A stretch of DNA of 63,412 bases, filler included, from Octopus bimaculoides (Eukaryota), in the NCBI RefSeq assembly GCF_001194135.2. It is 5 parts of 4 records of this genome, joined end to end, with 100 filler letters (N's around TTAATTAATTAA, not from the genome) between each part and the next. Parts side by side here need not be neighbours in the genome. Positions count along the whole stretch, not along the records: positions 1 to 29,279 come from NC_068981.1; 4 more parts are not named here. One strand, given 5' to 3'. Positions 13,871 to 27,029 of this stretch are shown here, one piece after another; within the stretch, counting starts at the first letter, position 1, and every line of letters starts with the position of its first letter. The translations under genes and the position numbers were made by a program. The notes beneath the pieces are model-generated. The model did no database searches and had not been told where the DNA came from. It saw nothing but the letters and a program-made list of their open reading frames with translations.

Positions 13871-14509
13871 NNNNNNNNNNNNNNNNNNNNNNNNNNNNNN
13901 NNNNNNNNNNNNNNNNNNNNNNNNNNNNNNNNNNNNNNNNNNNNNNNNNNNNNNNNNNNNNNNNNNNNNNNNNNNNNNNNNNNNNNNNNNNNNNNNNNNN
14001 NNNNNNNNNNNNNNNNNNNNNNNNNNNNNNNNNNNNNNNNNNNNNNNNNNNNNNNNNNNNNNNNNNNNNNNNNNNNNNNNNNNNNNNNNNNNNNNNNNNN
14101 NNNNNNNNNNNNNNNNNNNNNNNNNNNNNNNNNNNNNNNNNNNNNNNNNNNNNNNNNNNNNNNNNNNNNNNNNNNNNNNNNNNNNNNNNNNNNNNNNNNN
14201 NNNNNNNNNNNNNNNNNNNNNNNNNNNNNNNNNNNNNNNNNNNNNNNNNNNNNNNNNNNNNNNNNNNNNNNNNNNNNNNNNNNNNNNNNNNNNNNNNNNN
14301 NNNNNNNNNNNNNNNNNNNNNNNNNNNNNNNNNNNNNNNNNNNNNNNNNNNNNNNNNNNNNNNNNNNNNNNNNNNNNNNNNNNNNNNNNNNNNNNNNNNN
14401 NNNNNNNNNNNNNNNNNNNNNNNNNNNNNNNNNNNNNNNNNNNNNNNNNNNNNNNNNNNNNNNNNNNNNNNNNNNNNNNNNNNNNNNNNNNNNNNNNNNN
14501 NNNNNNNNN

Positions 14510-14908
14510 AGGAGTGGATGTGTGGTAAGTAGCTTGCTTACCAACCACATGGTCCCGGGTTCAGTCCCACTGCGTGGCATCTTGGGCAAGTGCCTTATAC
14601 TATAGCCTCGGGCTGACCAATGCCTTGTGAGTGGATTTGGTAGACGGAAACTGAAAGAAGCCCGTCGTATATGTGTATATATATGTGTATGTGTGTGTGT
14701 GTGTTTGTATGTCTGTGTTTGTCCCCCCAACATCGCTTGACAACCGATGCTGGTGTGTTTATGTCCCCGTAACTTAGTGGTTCGGCAAAAGAGACCGATA
14801 GAATAAGTACTAGGCTTCCAAAGAATAAGTCCTGGGGTCGATTTCTTCGACTAAAGGCGGTGCTCCAGCATGGCCGCAGTCAAAAGACTGAAACAAGTAA
14901 AAGAGTAA
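14510..14908 (+). mobile_element. tRNA-derived SINE, family A
   Basis: AGGAGTGG.TGTGTGGTAAGTAGCTTGCTTACCAACCACATGG..CCGGGTTCAGTCCCACTGCGTGGCA head; internal (TG)n; ends GACTGAAACAAGTAAAAGAGTA; near-identical to 39277-39666 and 31108-31495. Confidence 0.9.
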
Positions 14909-15019
14909 TATAGACAGTCGTGTGCAATAGGTTACAAAAAGGATGTCAGTTTGATGGCATGCACTGTTCTCTCACTCAATAATAAAATCAGGAAAACGTT
15001 ACTCATACAGTCAATGAAT

Positions 15020-15920
15020 GTAGCATGATGGCACAGAAAGATTACAAGAAAATCCATAACAACCTAGGGAGAGTATTCCACAAGGAGTTATGAAGAAAGA
15101 TACGATTTGATGATACTGATAAATGAGATGAACAACTTGAAACGGAAGGCTACAAATACCTTGGTGTATTAGAGTCCAACTAGATAATCTAAATGTAAAT
15201 GGGAAAACATGAGGATGGAGTATTTACGAAGACTAATATTGCTGTTGCGATAACAATTGACTCGATGGAAGAAAATCCATACAGTTAATGCGTGCACGAT
15301 AGAATCAGATCGATATGGAGCAGGAATTATTAAATGGCTAAAAAAGGGAAGTGACGAAAATGGATACCAAAACCAGAAAAATGTTGCCAGTACACGGAGT
15401 GTTCCACCCTAAGAGTTACACAGATAGGCTGTATTTGTCCAGAAAAAAGGGTAGGGGACGTTTGATCAGTGGCCAGGACTGTATGGTACTAGAGAAAAGC
15501 AGCCTAGGTTAGTATACAAAAAAATGTCGTGGAGGCATTGTTAAAACATACGGAGAAGACCGGCGTCATTAAAACTGATAATTGTGTAACAAAAGTAAAA
15601 TGTGAACAAGAAATGAAAAAAAAAAAAGAAAAGTACGGAAGGAAAAAAAATGTACGGTTAATTTACAAGATGTGTGAACGCCAAGAGAGACACAGAGGAC
15701 CGGTTACTATGGATGAAAATGAGTGATTTGAAGATAACAACAGAAGCACTAATATGCGCAGCTCAAGAGCAAGCGTTAAAGATGTGAAGTGCAGAATAGA
15801 CTATACTACTGTCAGCGACAAATGCAGAATGTGTGATGAGAAGTGTGAAATGGAATGGCCCATCGTTACCGAGTGCCCGAAAATGGCACAACGCGAATAT
15901 AGAAGACTCCATGAAGATGC
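15020..15920 (+). mobile_element. R4/Dong-clade non-LTR retrotransposon fragment (RT end to zinc knuckle)
   Basis: Broken frames read GYKYLGVLES, DRLYLSRKKGRGRL, TEALICAAQEQAL and DKCRMCDEKCE..IVTECPKMAQREY, all typical of R4/Dong ORFs. Confidence 0.75.
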
Positions 15921-15924
15921 GAAT

Positions 15925-16700
15925 ATAGAAAACTTCTGATGTGTTGTCTATTCTGTATTTGATGTAATTGGTTCTTAATGCTTGCTCTTTGGCAGTACAG
16001 ATCTGGCTGCTTCTCACTCACTACTTCTTCCCTCACTTTATTTAACCGTACAGCATCTCCATTATAATTGAATGGCTTATACCAAATATTACTCTCAAAC
16101 ACTCCAGCGTCTTCTGCATTAGTCTTCTCATCTTCAGTACTTCCTTCTCCACTACTTATTTGGTTATAAAATCTCTCCTGGTCCGTCTCAAATAATCCAG
16201 ACTGTTGATAGTGATCTATTCTTTTCTGATATCTAGTGAAATCTAGCAGTTTGCGAGTTGTCCATTCCTTATTGGTAGTATTATTATTTTTTCCTTTAGG
16301 TACTTCTTTGGTTTGAACTGTATCTCTTATGTTGTTTTTTTGTTTTTCCTACTGTTGAGTCTTTGTTTTCCAATTCTCTTGTGACCTCTTCCACCTCCAA
16401 TTCTAGTATCCACTTTCTGCTAATAGCATTAGCGTGATCCACTAGTCTTTGGTTAGTGATCTCTACCCAAAGTGAGACATCCGTTTTCTATAACCCTTTC
16501 TTTTAGGTTCACTTTCTAAGTAGCACAGCATCACTATCCTATTTTCTTCGATGGTCCACTTCCTCCTCTTTACCCCATTGCTGCAGCTTTGCCGTATTGC
16601 TGCTGCTGCCTTATGTTAACAGCTAAGATCAGTTTGCACCTTTACCGATGACGCCTTCCCTTAAAGTTCCAACCTTATTTTTGCTGTTACAAGCAGACTT
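15925..16700 (-). mobile_element. R4/Dong-clade fragment, internally deleted
   Basis: Minus ORFs give FESNIWYKPFNYNGDAVRLNKVREE (pre-RT region) joined to KEQALRTNYIKYRIDNTSE (pre-zinc-knuckle region). Confidence 0.65.
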
Positions 16701-17239
16701 TCTTCGTAAGATCTTGTCTCTCATAAACTGGGGTAAGTTAACTTTCGTCATCACTATTATTCTGCGACGTCTGATCGGTTCAAGTAACGTTCTATTCCGA
16801 CTCTTGCTGCACTTTTGTGCTGGGGAAGTGTGTACTGCATTTTTTCAGAGGAGTGTTGCATAGCAGTTTGTGTAAATTATAAATAAACCATTTCATTGTA
16901 ATCATGGTCCTCTATTCAACGTTCAGTGCATTTCGGGAATTACATTAAGAGGTGGGTCCGTCTTAATAGCATTTACTTTTTGACAGAACACCGCCAATGG
17001 ACATGTGTTGATGATTCTTTCATATTTATAATTATTATTGTTGTATAGACGAGAGACCGAAAGGAAACAACAATGTGCATATATATATATATATANNNNN
17101 NNNNNNNNNNNNNNNNNNNNNNNNNNNNNNNNNNNNNNNNNNNNNTACATATATAGGATTTGTATTGATACTGTTGGACATGTGATCAAAATATTTCTCA
17201 GTTTTTCAGGTTTCGTATAGTGGTTAAGATGTATAGAAG

Positions 17240-17335
17240 TAACATTATTATTATTCAGCTGTCTTAATTTTATCACGTGTTTTCACTTGCACTACCGAGC
17301 GCAGCTCTGTGAGCCCTGGATATATTCTGTGATTT
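17240..17335 (-). mobile_element. Extreme 3' tip of the Dong-like element
   Basis: TTTCACTTGCACTACCGAGCGCAGCTCTGTG matches the 3' UTR of the copies at 26.9, 28.95 and 32.15 kb; adjoins a short (ATT)n. Confidence 0.7.
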
Positions 17336-17474
17336 ATTGCGATGCTCTTAATCCTGAAAAGAGCTTACAGTGAAGTTACTGTAAATAAAACAGACAATGA
17401 TAATAATTATTTTTTTCGAATGAAGACAGAAAAAGTCGAAGTTTTATTTTGGTATCGGAAGACGAGTGTTTCAA

Positions 17475-17505
<31 letters not shown>

Positions 17506-18154
17506 AACAAACTGAAATGTAAATATTTAGAGATATAGAAATCTCGTTACCCCTATCATTTCAATACATGGACTGCAACTTGCGTTTCAATCGTATGAAT
17601 ATCTATCTATTTGTATGTCAGCTTCAGGTGAATATATCAAATAGGCAGTGTAAAATATTTTACCTCATTTTAAACTGTTCAGAAAAAATGGACGATAGCT
17701 ACGACAGAAGCGGGAATGCCAAAAACATTGCTATATACCACTGAGTATAAAACAAATTTACGAAATATAATTCCAACGATCAAAGCCGTAAGCAGAAATA
17801 ATATTAAAATTCAATCCATATAATTTTAGTATTGAAAGTAAAAGTGAAAAAATAAAATTCTTTTGCTTATCCTACAATAACTTGTGTTTTAATAACATAC
17901 TACACAAGATTACAGATAGACTAAGTATGCAAAAATATTCCGTGGCTGTTTTTAGTATCTTTATGTTAAAATATCACCTACTGAAGTTTAAGTAACCATG
18001 GTGATAGAAACCCTGTTAAGCATATCAATTCAATATGCTAAACACTACCTGTTTGTAAAGGAATTCCTATACCCGAAAATGATATCAACTCCAGACTATA
18101 TTTAGACTGTCTCTTTCACCTTTCACCTTACTCCTATCTCTCTCTCCAAATATA

Positions 18155-18187
<33 letters not shown>

Positions 18188-18481
18188 NNNNNNNNNNNNN
18201 NNNNNNNNNNNNNNNNNNNNNNNNNNNNNNNNNNNNNNNNNNNNNNNNNNNNNNNNNNNNNNNTATATTTATATATATATATATATATATACATCTGAAC
18301 TTCGGTATATGGTGAAGCAAATATTTGCTGATCCCTTAATTATGTTTATAAATGTATATGCACTTTTAAATAAGTTCTCCACCGATAATGGTGCTTACAT
18401 ACCGAAGGGCTTGGTAAACATTATTAATTGTTGATTTATTAATAAATTAATAAATTGGTAAACCTTTACCCTTTTAATTTG

Positions 18482-18543
<62 letters not shown>

Positions 18544-18639
18544 CGTGTGTGTGTGTGGAGTTGGGTGTGTAGAAGATTCAAAAGTAACACATGAGTTCAT
18601 AAGCATAAGGAAAATAGCTCGAGATACAAAATACTAAAA

Positions 18640-21330
18640 TGATTTCATCATGAAGAACGCTTTAGTACCGGTTTCAGTCCTTTCGACTTTTTCAACATAG
18701 TGTAAAGCATGACAAAATATCAAATTGTTTGAAAAATTAAATGAAATGGCTTTTAAAAATATTTCAATAGTTTTCAAATATATGGACGTTTTCCTTCTTT
18801 CTGTTCCTCTCTCTTCTAATTTTGTGAAGACTCGTATGGAGGTAGTAGCAGATCTGAAGAAATATTTAATATGAGGAATGTTGTTTCTGGATTTTGATTG
18901 TTTAAGCAGCAGTAGCGGAGGACTTTGTTTGAAGAAGAACTCCGATCCCTCAGTGCGATTGACAGTTTGGTCTTCCGCATTTTTTTTATTGGCGGTTTCA
19001 ATGTTGCTGCCGAGTGTACTTGGGTTTGTGTTAGGAGACTTTTCATTCACTTAGGTTGTCCTTTGCTCTTTATGGTGGTGGGCGTTTGGAGGATTACATT
19101 CATTCTGTGGTCTCTTTTCAGTAGAGGTATGTTCTGAAGGATGTTGTCGAAGGCTTCATTGTTAAGGAGGTGGAGTTTGGAGATTTATGGTAGAGTTTTT
19201 GGTTGTAAATCCTTCATTAGTTTGGGATGTCTGAATTCATGTCTGTTGAGTGTAGGGCAAGCTGAAAGCCTATATCAATTAGTGATGGTGCGTGGTCCCT
19301 GCTGATGAGTATATACTTTAGTTTATGCAGTACAAATCCTATTTGCCAGGTTGAAGGGGATATTCTTCCTAGTGTGTCTAGGGTGTCCTGAGTTGAATGG
19401 TAGATATTGATTGGAGTCCGTGGGCTTATAGTATATGTCTCTTTCTATTCTGTTGTTGGATTTCGTAAAATGAGGATGTTGAGGAATGGAAATTGTTGAT
19501 GGCTACATTCCATTGTAAATTGAATGTTCATGTCAAGTTCATTTAGAAGTGCTTAAAATTCTTTAAGTCTCCCTATAACTTCATGCCAAAGAATGAAGCA
19601 GTCTTCCAGATACTTCTTCAAGTTATTTTCTATGTAGAGGGAGAATGGGCTACCATATATTTCTAGTACCTTACGATAAAGACTGATTTCTAAATATCCC
19701 ATGCCTAGGTTAGCAAAGGAGGGGGGCCATTCTCGTACCCATCGCAGTCCCCGACAAGTCGCTAGAAGTTGTCTTTGAAGACGAAGAAGTTATTCTCAAT
19801 GATGAATATTACTCCTTCTATTACGAATTATTTTTTGATGCGGTGTCGGATTTCATTGAAGTAATTCTCCAGCCAGAACTGGCTTGCCTCTATTCCTAGG
19901 TTGTTGGGGATATTAGAACAGAAGCTGGCTAAATTGAAGGATACTAGTAATGTATTTTTATGTATTCTTTCAGGGAAGAGATTGGGCATATCTAGGTGGT
20001 CCTTTATGTAGATTTTGATGTGATTGAGGAATGATCTTAAGAGGGTACCTAAAACGTTACTACTGCCGTGTGTTTCGCATGCGGGACCTGTTATTATATG
20101 TCTGAATTTGAGGTCAATGGAAGTACTTATTTCCCCACTTTTGTGTATCTTAGGAATACCGTAGAATTGACTGAAATTACTTTTCAAGTTAGTCATATAG
20201 TCGCATTCCTTGTTGCCCTTCTCTGTATAACTCTAACATAACTTTTAGGTTTCTCATTATCTTTTATTGACTGTAGTTTTGGATCTTTTCATAATATGTT
20301 GTGTCTTCTAATATGGATAGTGTTAGAGTTATATAGTATACTGTGCCCATTAAGTCTACTGCACTACTTTATCAGCCTCTTTGATCGTTATAGTTTTATT
20401 ATCCATTAATCTGTTCGGCTCATCCCATTCTTTTTTGCTGAAGTTCGGCTTGTGTTTTTGCTTGAGTATATGTTGATATGAGTAATTCGTGATGTATTCA
20501 AAGAAATGGTCAAGAATTTTGTTCTTACATTCTGAAGAGGTATTGATACTTCTACTACGAACTAACGACTCGTCCTCGTTGCCTTTGTCGTATATTACCT
20601 CGGCGAGTTGTAATTTTCTATAGAATTCCGTAGCGTCTTCTTTCATTTCCCTGTAGGTGGGGCGTTGGGGCTTGGGTGTAAATTCGAGTCCTCTGGAGAC
20701 AATTTTGACTTGGTTTCGTGTTAGTTATTTGTGAATTTGATTCCTGATTTTATCACTTTTTGTTTCCCCTATCTGTCTCGTATCCCTGTGTTTGCGTGCC
20801 GGGTCTAAAACAATGATTGAGGTGATTGGAACGGTAACCGTTATGTTGTTGTGGAGTGTTCTGTTTTTGTGATTTATGGTGCGGGTTCTTGTATGGGGAT
20901 TGAAGTGTATGTCCCTATATCCCATGTGAAAAACAGTCCATTAGTTAGCTGTCCGCCGTGTTCGGGCGTGCGTGTTGGCATGTAGGTGCTTTGGCGTCTC
21001 TGTATGTGTGTGCGTTGCTGAATGATCTGGTGAAAATCTTTGCCGAACACCAGTGTATCGGTGGAGAGCCGGGGCTGGGGGACTGGTGGTTGTAGCCATG
21101 ATGGGAGACGCAGGTATAATAGGATCTGCTTCCTTTCATATGGGAAAGGATAAAACATTTCACATCTGCTATTCAGGTAAATGCCTGTGTCCCGCCTGGT
21201 CTTCAAAATCGCTATTTTCCCACCCATGTATAAGCTGAACTTCATGCAGCTATTGAAGATCAGTTTACATTCGGCAGGATCTTTCACTTCATGTTGTACT
21301 CAGTGAAGCTTTCTTTCAATGACCAAAGGT
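18640..21330 (-). mobile_element. Penelope-like element (RT, probable GIY-YIG region), long but decayed
   Basis: ORF 19828-20196 SQFYGIPKIHKS..FRHIITGPACETH..YIKDHLD..LLVSFNLASFCSNIP..LGIEA is a Penelope RT signature; further RT and C-terminal fragments run down to ~19.2 kb; hammerhead-like motif at the 3' end. Confidence 0.85.
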
Positions 21331-21410
21331 GCTTGGCCACGGATGTAGGGTTGCGTCTTCTCGGGATGCTAAAGTAAAATTTGTTGTTGTTAATCCGGGT
21401 TCTGAAGGGG

Positions 21411-21454
<44 letters not shown>

Positions 21455-22233
21455 NNNNNNNNNNNNNNNNNNNNNNNNNNNNNNNNNNNNNNNNNNNNNN
21501 NNNNNNNNNNNNNNNNNNNNNNNNNNNNNNNNNNNNNNNNNNNNNNNNNNNNNNNNNNNNNNNNNNNNNNNNNNNNNNNNNNNNNNNNNNNNNNNNNNNN
21601 NNNNNNNNNNNNNNNNNNNNNNNNNNNNNNNNNNNNNNNNNNNNNNNNNNNNNNNNNNNNNNNNNNNNNNNNNNNNNNNNNNNNNNNNNNNNNNNNNNNN
21701 NNNNNNNNNNNNNNNNNNNNNNNNNNNNNNNNNNNNNNNNNNNNNNNNNNNNNNNNNNNNNNNNNNNNNNNNNNNNNNNNNNNNNNNNNNNNNNNNNNNN
21801 NNNNNNNNNNNNNNNNNNNNNNNNNNNNNNNNNNNNNNNNNNNNNNNNNNNNNNNNNNNNNNNNNNNNNNNNNNNNNNNNNNNNNNNNNNNNNNNNNNNN
21901 NNNNNNNNNNNNNNNNNNNNNNNNNNNNNNNNNNNNNNNNNNNNNNNNNNNNNNNNNNNNNNNNNNNNNNNNNNNNNNNNNNNNNNNNNNNNNNNNNNNN
22001 NNNNNNNNNNNNNNNNNNNNNNNNNNNNNNNNNNNNNNNNNNNNNNNNNNNNNNNNNNNNNNNNNNNNNNNNNNNNNNNNNNNNNNNNNNNNNNNNNNNN
22101 NNNNNNNNNNNNNNNNNNNNNNNNNNNNNNNNNNNNNNNNNNNNNNNNNNNNNNNNNNNNNNNNNNNNNNNNNNNNNNNNNNNNNNNNNNNNNNNNNNNN
22201 NNNNNNNNNNNNNNNNNNNNNNNNNNNNNNNNN

Positions 22234-22302
<69 letters not shown>

Positions 22303-22840
22303 GGTATAAATGTGTTTAATTTAAAGTAAACAAATGTATTGATATCTATAGGAAGTGACGTTTAGTATTATGCAAAATAATAAAATTATACGATATAAAT
22401 AATGGGCGAGATGCATTGTAGAGATATTTGTCAAATTATACGATACGGAAATATTGTTATTTATATAAAACTTACAAAAAAATTTAAACTGATGTAATAG
22501 TGCCATCAATAATGACAGCTGTTCTATTGAGATTGTTCAAATATATATTTTTTTGTCTACAATATATTTGTTACTTTACTTCGTGATATTTTACCATTAT
22601 CGAGAGAAATTTGCCAAGTTATGGAGAAAATAGCAAACAACAATATTTCTATTTTATATCGAAATACATTTTGAATATGTATTATTCGCTTTATTTCATT
22701 GCAGCATATCAGAAACAATCGTCAAAATAACATTCAATAATGTAGATGCTGTATGTGTAGATATGTATGTTTATATATATATATATGTGTGTATATACGT
22801 GCAGTTATATATATGTATGTATATATAGATATATACACCC

Positions 22841-22887
<47 letters not shown>

Positions 22888-23201
22888 NNNNNNNNNNNNN
22901 NNNNNNNNNNNNNNNNNNNNNNNNNNNNNNNNNNNNNNNNNNNNNNNNNNNNNNNNNNNNNNNNNNNNNNNNNNNNNNNNNNNNNNNNNNNNNNNNNNNN
23001 NNNNNNNNNNNNNNNNNNNNNNNNNNNNNNNNNNNNNNNNNNNNNNNNNNNNNNNNNNNNNNNNNNNNNNNNNNNNNNNNNNNNNNNNNNNNNNNNNNNN
23101 NNNNNNNNNNNNNNNNNNNNNNNNNNNNNNNNNNNNNNNNNNNNNNNNNNNNNNNNNNNNNNNNNNNNNNNNNNNNNNNNNNNNNNNNNNNNNNNNNNNN
23201 N

Positions 23202-23238
<37 letters not shown>

Positions 23239-23253
23239 GTATCTGTAAGAATC

Positions 23254-23542
23254 TGTGACACTTATTCAGTAGCCATGATAAAACTCCGAGTTTCGAATGC
23301 CAGGGTGGGGGCGCACGCCAACATCTCTTCAGTTATCCGGTCAATTGAAAATTCCTGTTTATGCACCTTTCAGCTAATTTTGGGTGCTCGTTATACGTTA
23401 TATGCAATATAAAACACCATAGTTCATATTTTTTCTGCTTAAAAGTTTTAATTGGTCGCATAACTGAAGAGATGTTGGCGTGGGCTCCCACCTTGGCATC
23501 CGAAACGCGGAATTGTATCACGGCTACTGAATAAGTGTAACA
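23254..23542. mobile_element. MITE/foldback element with ~95-bp terminal inverted repeats
   Basis: Left arm TGTGACACTTATTCAGTAGCCATGATA...GCCAACATCTCTTCAGTTAT; right arm ATAACTGAAGAGATGTTGGC...TATCACGGCTACTGAATAAGTGTAACA is its reverse complement with scattered mismatches. Confidence 0.85.
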
Positions 23543-25429
23543 TATGTTTAAAGATACATTCCTCTATTTGTATAATATCGAGGTTTCTTTGAAAATATGA
23601 AGTATGGTGTTCAATGTTTCGTAGAGCGTATAAATTGCACTCATAATTAGCTAAAAGTTTCAGAAACATTATGCAATTATGCAACTTCCATCACCAATAT
23701 CTTGCAAGAAATATCTAAATCTCTTTACTTTTCAATTATTGTTATTCTTAGTATTATTTCACTCGTATCCAGCATACGACACTTTCTTTTATCCTTACAG
23801 CTAACGAGGTCATTGCTGATGATGATGATGATGATGATGATGACGATGATGATGTCGATGGTGATGGTAATGTGATAGGTTGATTATCAGTAGTTCTTGA
23901 TGAGGATGCACTGAGGTTTTCCACGTTGGTAGTTAGCTGGATTGAAGTTGGAGTATATTCATGTCAACCGTGAGTCGAAACGAAAATTCTAGCATCGTGG
24001 AGCGCTTCTTTGTTTAACAGTATATATGTATGTGCATGCGTGTGTGTATCTGTGTGCGCGTGCGTGTGAGTGTGTGTATTCATGTGTATGTATGTCAATC
24101 ATCATGGTAATATGAATGCAAGTAATCAAAATGTGTATAGAATACTGTGGGCAGATTAGAAGTAGTCTTATGCACCGAATATTCAATTTCAGACAGAAAG
24201 TCCATTCACACGTCGAAGCATATATGTTCACAAATCTAAAACTCTTTTACTATTATAGCTTGTTTATATCAGAGCATACGTTTTGCCGACAATCAGGAAG
24301 AGCTGAAACTTTTAAATGAATTTTCGGCATTACGGTAGTAATGCATTCCTGAATTACTTCGCGTAACGCTTAATCCTATAAAGTGAAATTACCACCATTG
24401 TTTTTTTTTATATTATAAAGTGATAATACGTTTTGATGAATTATCTGGAAACAGCTCTAACAACGACAAATGGGTAACATGGACACTTTCATGCAACAGT
24501 ATCAATTTCTAAATAATGTATGCTCACCACTTTGTGAGAGTTGGTGTTGACAGAATGAGTGTTAATGGCGGAATAAAGGACACGATCGACTTACATTTTG
24601 TGTTATGTAATTTACTTTTAATGTTCACTCTTTCTCGGGGCAGAGTTATCCTGCAAATCTTAGACGCAGATACTGCCGTGATGGTAAGATCAACAAAAAA
24701 AGTATTCCATCTGGTGAGATATAAATATTATCTACTAAACATACCATATATTTTCATGAGCTACTAATAGTTTAATGCAATATAGAAAAGAAAACCGATA
24801 GCATTCACACAACTGGTGACATTACTTAATCAACAGGCTGCGCCCACTTGGCATTACGAGCTAAAACAGGACGATAGGATGAGAGGAAATCGAGTAAAGG
24901 CGAAAAAGAAGTTGATGAGAAAAGTGGAAGGTTGAAAAACCGGAAACCGAATTGATAAACACGCACACATACACACACACACAAACACACACACATTCAC
25001 ACACACACACATATACACATATACACAAGATGTAGATAAAGAAAGAGTTTATCGGCAAGCGCAAACAATGCTTCTATTGATATGGCACCTGGATTTTCGA
25101 AATCTGAAGACGACATTACAGGAAATGTAGATAGCTTCAAACTCAGGTTGAGAACTACAATGGAAGGAGCTTATCTTTCTGCCCTCGCAGGATTTTAATG
25201 TAATTACACACATGCTGTTGGGTATATTTGTCCTTTTCCTAACTAATCCGTTTTCCTTTCTGATTAAGAGCAATTTTCCAAACATCAAAAACTTAGTCTT
25301 TTTAACGAATGCCAATCTAATACATTTCATGTTTACACCAAACAGTTGATTGTTTTTATTTATTTTTAAATTTTCGATTTCTCTCCATATATGTATACAT
25401 TCAAGGGTTTCGCTAACTACTACACACAT

Positions 25430-25590
25430 TTTTTCTCTGCTTGGTTCTCTCCTTGTTTCTTTCTATGTTCCTTTCTGTGGTAGAGCGTAGACTCGAAACG
25501 TTAAAGACTTGTTCAATTCCCGAGCGTTAAACTAATACATCCGTTTGTTTTCTACACCACTTGTATTCGTCCTTTGTGTTTCTTGTATAT
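25430..25590 (+). mobile_element. Probable solo Penelope-type pseudo-LTR with degenerate minimal hammerhead motif
   Basis: CCTTT-CTGTGGTA-GAGCGTAGACTC-GAAAC-GTT-AAAG has the architecture of minimal PLE hammerheads. Confidence 0.5.
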
Positions 25591-26334
25591 ATATATATAT
25601 ATATATACAAGTAAAAGAATGAAAATAGAAGTGAGATGCATAAGAATATTGTATATGTTCTATATATTGCATATATACATACATAAAGGGAGAGAGAAAG
25701 ACAAAGAGAGAGTGAGAAAATCAAGAGAATGATTTACATGTATACGCTTCTGCGTATATATAATGTAACACAGACAGTTATATTAGTCAGAACACGTTTA
25801 AATGATAAAAATTATTGAAAATTTATAATAAATGTGAAGTACAATGTTAAACTTAATACACGGACAAGTGCACTAAAAAAAAAAATGCAAACGTGTACTG
25901 AATCTCATATATTACTTGTCATGTGTAACGAAGAGAGGTGAACTTCGAAAGTTTGGTGAGTGAATATTGAAAATATTTCACAATTGTTATCAATAGACAC
26001 AATGTAATCCACTGACAAAGACATGACACAAGAACCATGTGATTTCCTATTTGATAAATACTATGGGAAGTTCAGGAGCAAACCATTTTTCATAAGTATC
26101 GATAACAACATCATCATTAACTTATTTATTTCAATGAGTCTTCTATAAAACTGCAATAAAAATGACATAGAAAAATATAAAATTATTCATCCAGACAAGA
26201 ATATTGGCAAATATTAATCTCGACAGATAGAAAAAAAATATTAATGTTGAAAGCAAAATATAATTGATTATTAAGGAAATATAGGATATTTCTTAATACA
26301 ATCAATGAAACCAGATTTTACATAGGTTAATATT

Positions 26335-26352
26335 AACAACAACAACAGCAGC

Positions 26353-26383
<31 letters not shown>

Positions 26384-26385
26384 GC

Positions 26386-26428
<43 letters not shown>

Positions 26429-26460
26429 ACAACAACAACAATAATAATAACAATAATAAA
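26335..26460. repeat. (AAC)n/(AAT)n microsatellite
   Basis: Read directly; source of the spurious poly-Leu ORF 26271-26552. Confidence 0.95.
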
Positions 26461-26961
26461 GATAGAGAAATTAAGGCAAATAGATAGAGAAATGAAGGCA
26501 AACAGATAGAGAAATTAAGGCCAATAGACCAGATATAGTTGTCAAAGATCATGAAGAAAAAAAATGCTTTCTAATTCATGTATCAATACCAGCAGATGAC
26601 AACGTTTCCCTAAAAGAAATGGAAAAACTTTCAAAATAAAAAGACCTGGAAATAGAGGTAACTCGAATGTGGAATCTAAAAACAGAAACAATTCCTATCA
26701 TAGTAGGTGCCTTAGGAATAATAAGAAAATATTCAGACAAATACATAACAAAAACACCAGGACTTACAAATATATATAACATACAGAAAATTGCACTACT
26801 GGGCACTGCACACATCCTACGCAAAACACTTTCAATACGGTAACCATAAGAGCATCACAGCAAACCACAGCACATACCCAAGGCACACAGAGCTGCGCTC
26901 GGTAGTGAAGTGAAAGCACGTTATAAAAATAAAACTACTGAACAATAATAATAATAATAAT
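26461..26961 (+). mobile_element. 5'-truncated young Dong/R4-like LINE (REL endonuclease C-terminus, 3' UTR, (AAT)n tail)
   Basis: Translates KANRPDIVVKDHEEKKCFLIHVSIPADDNVSLKEMEKLSK.KDLEIE..RMWNLKTETIPIIVGALG (PD..D REL motif); flanked by (AAC/AAT)n on both sides. Confidence 0.85.
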
Positions 26962-27029
26962 AACAACATCGATAATCCCACTTTCTAAAATTATGCGCAA
27001 AGTCAATGCGCACTATACGCTGAGAAAGA

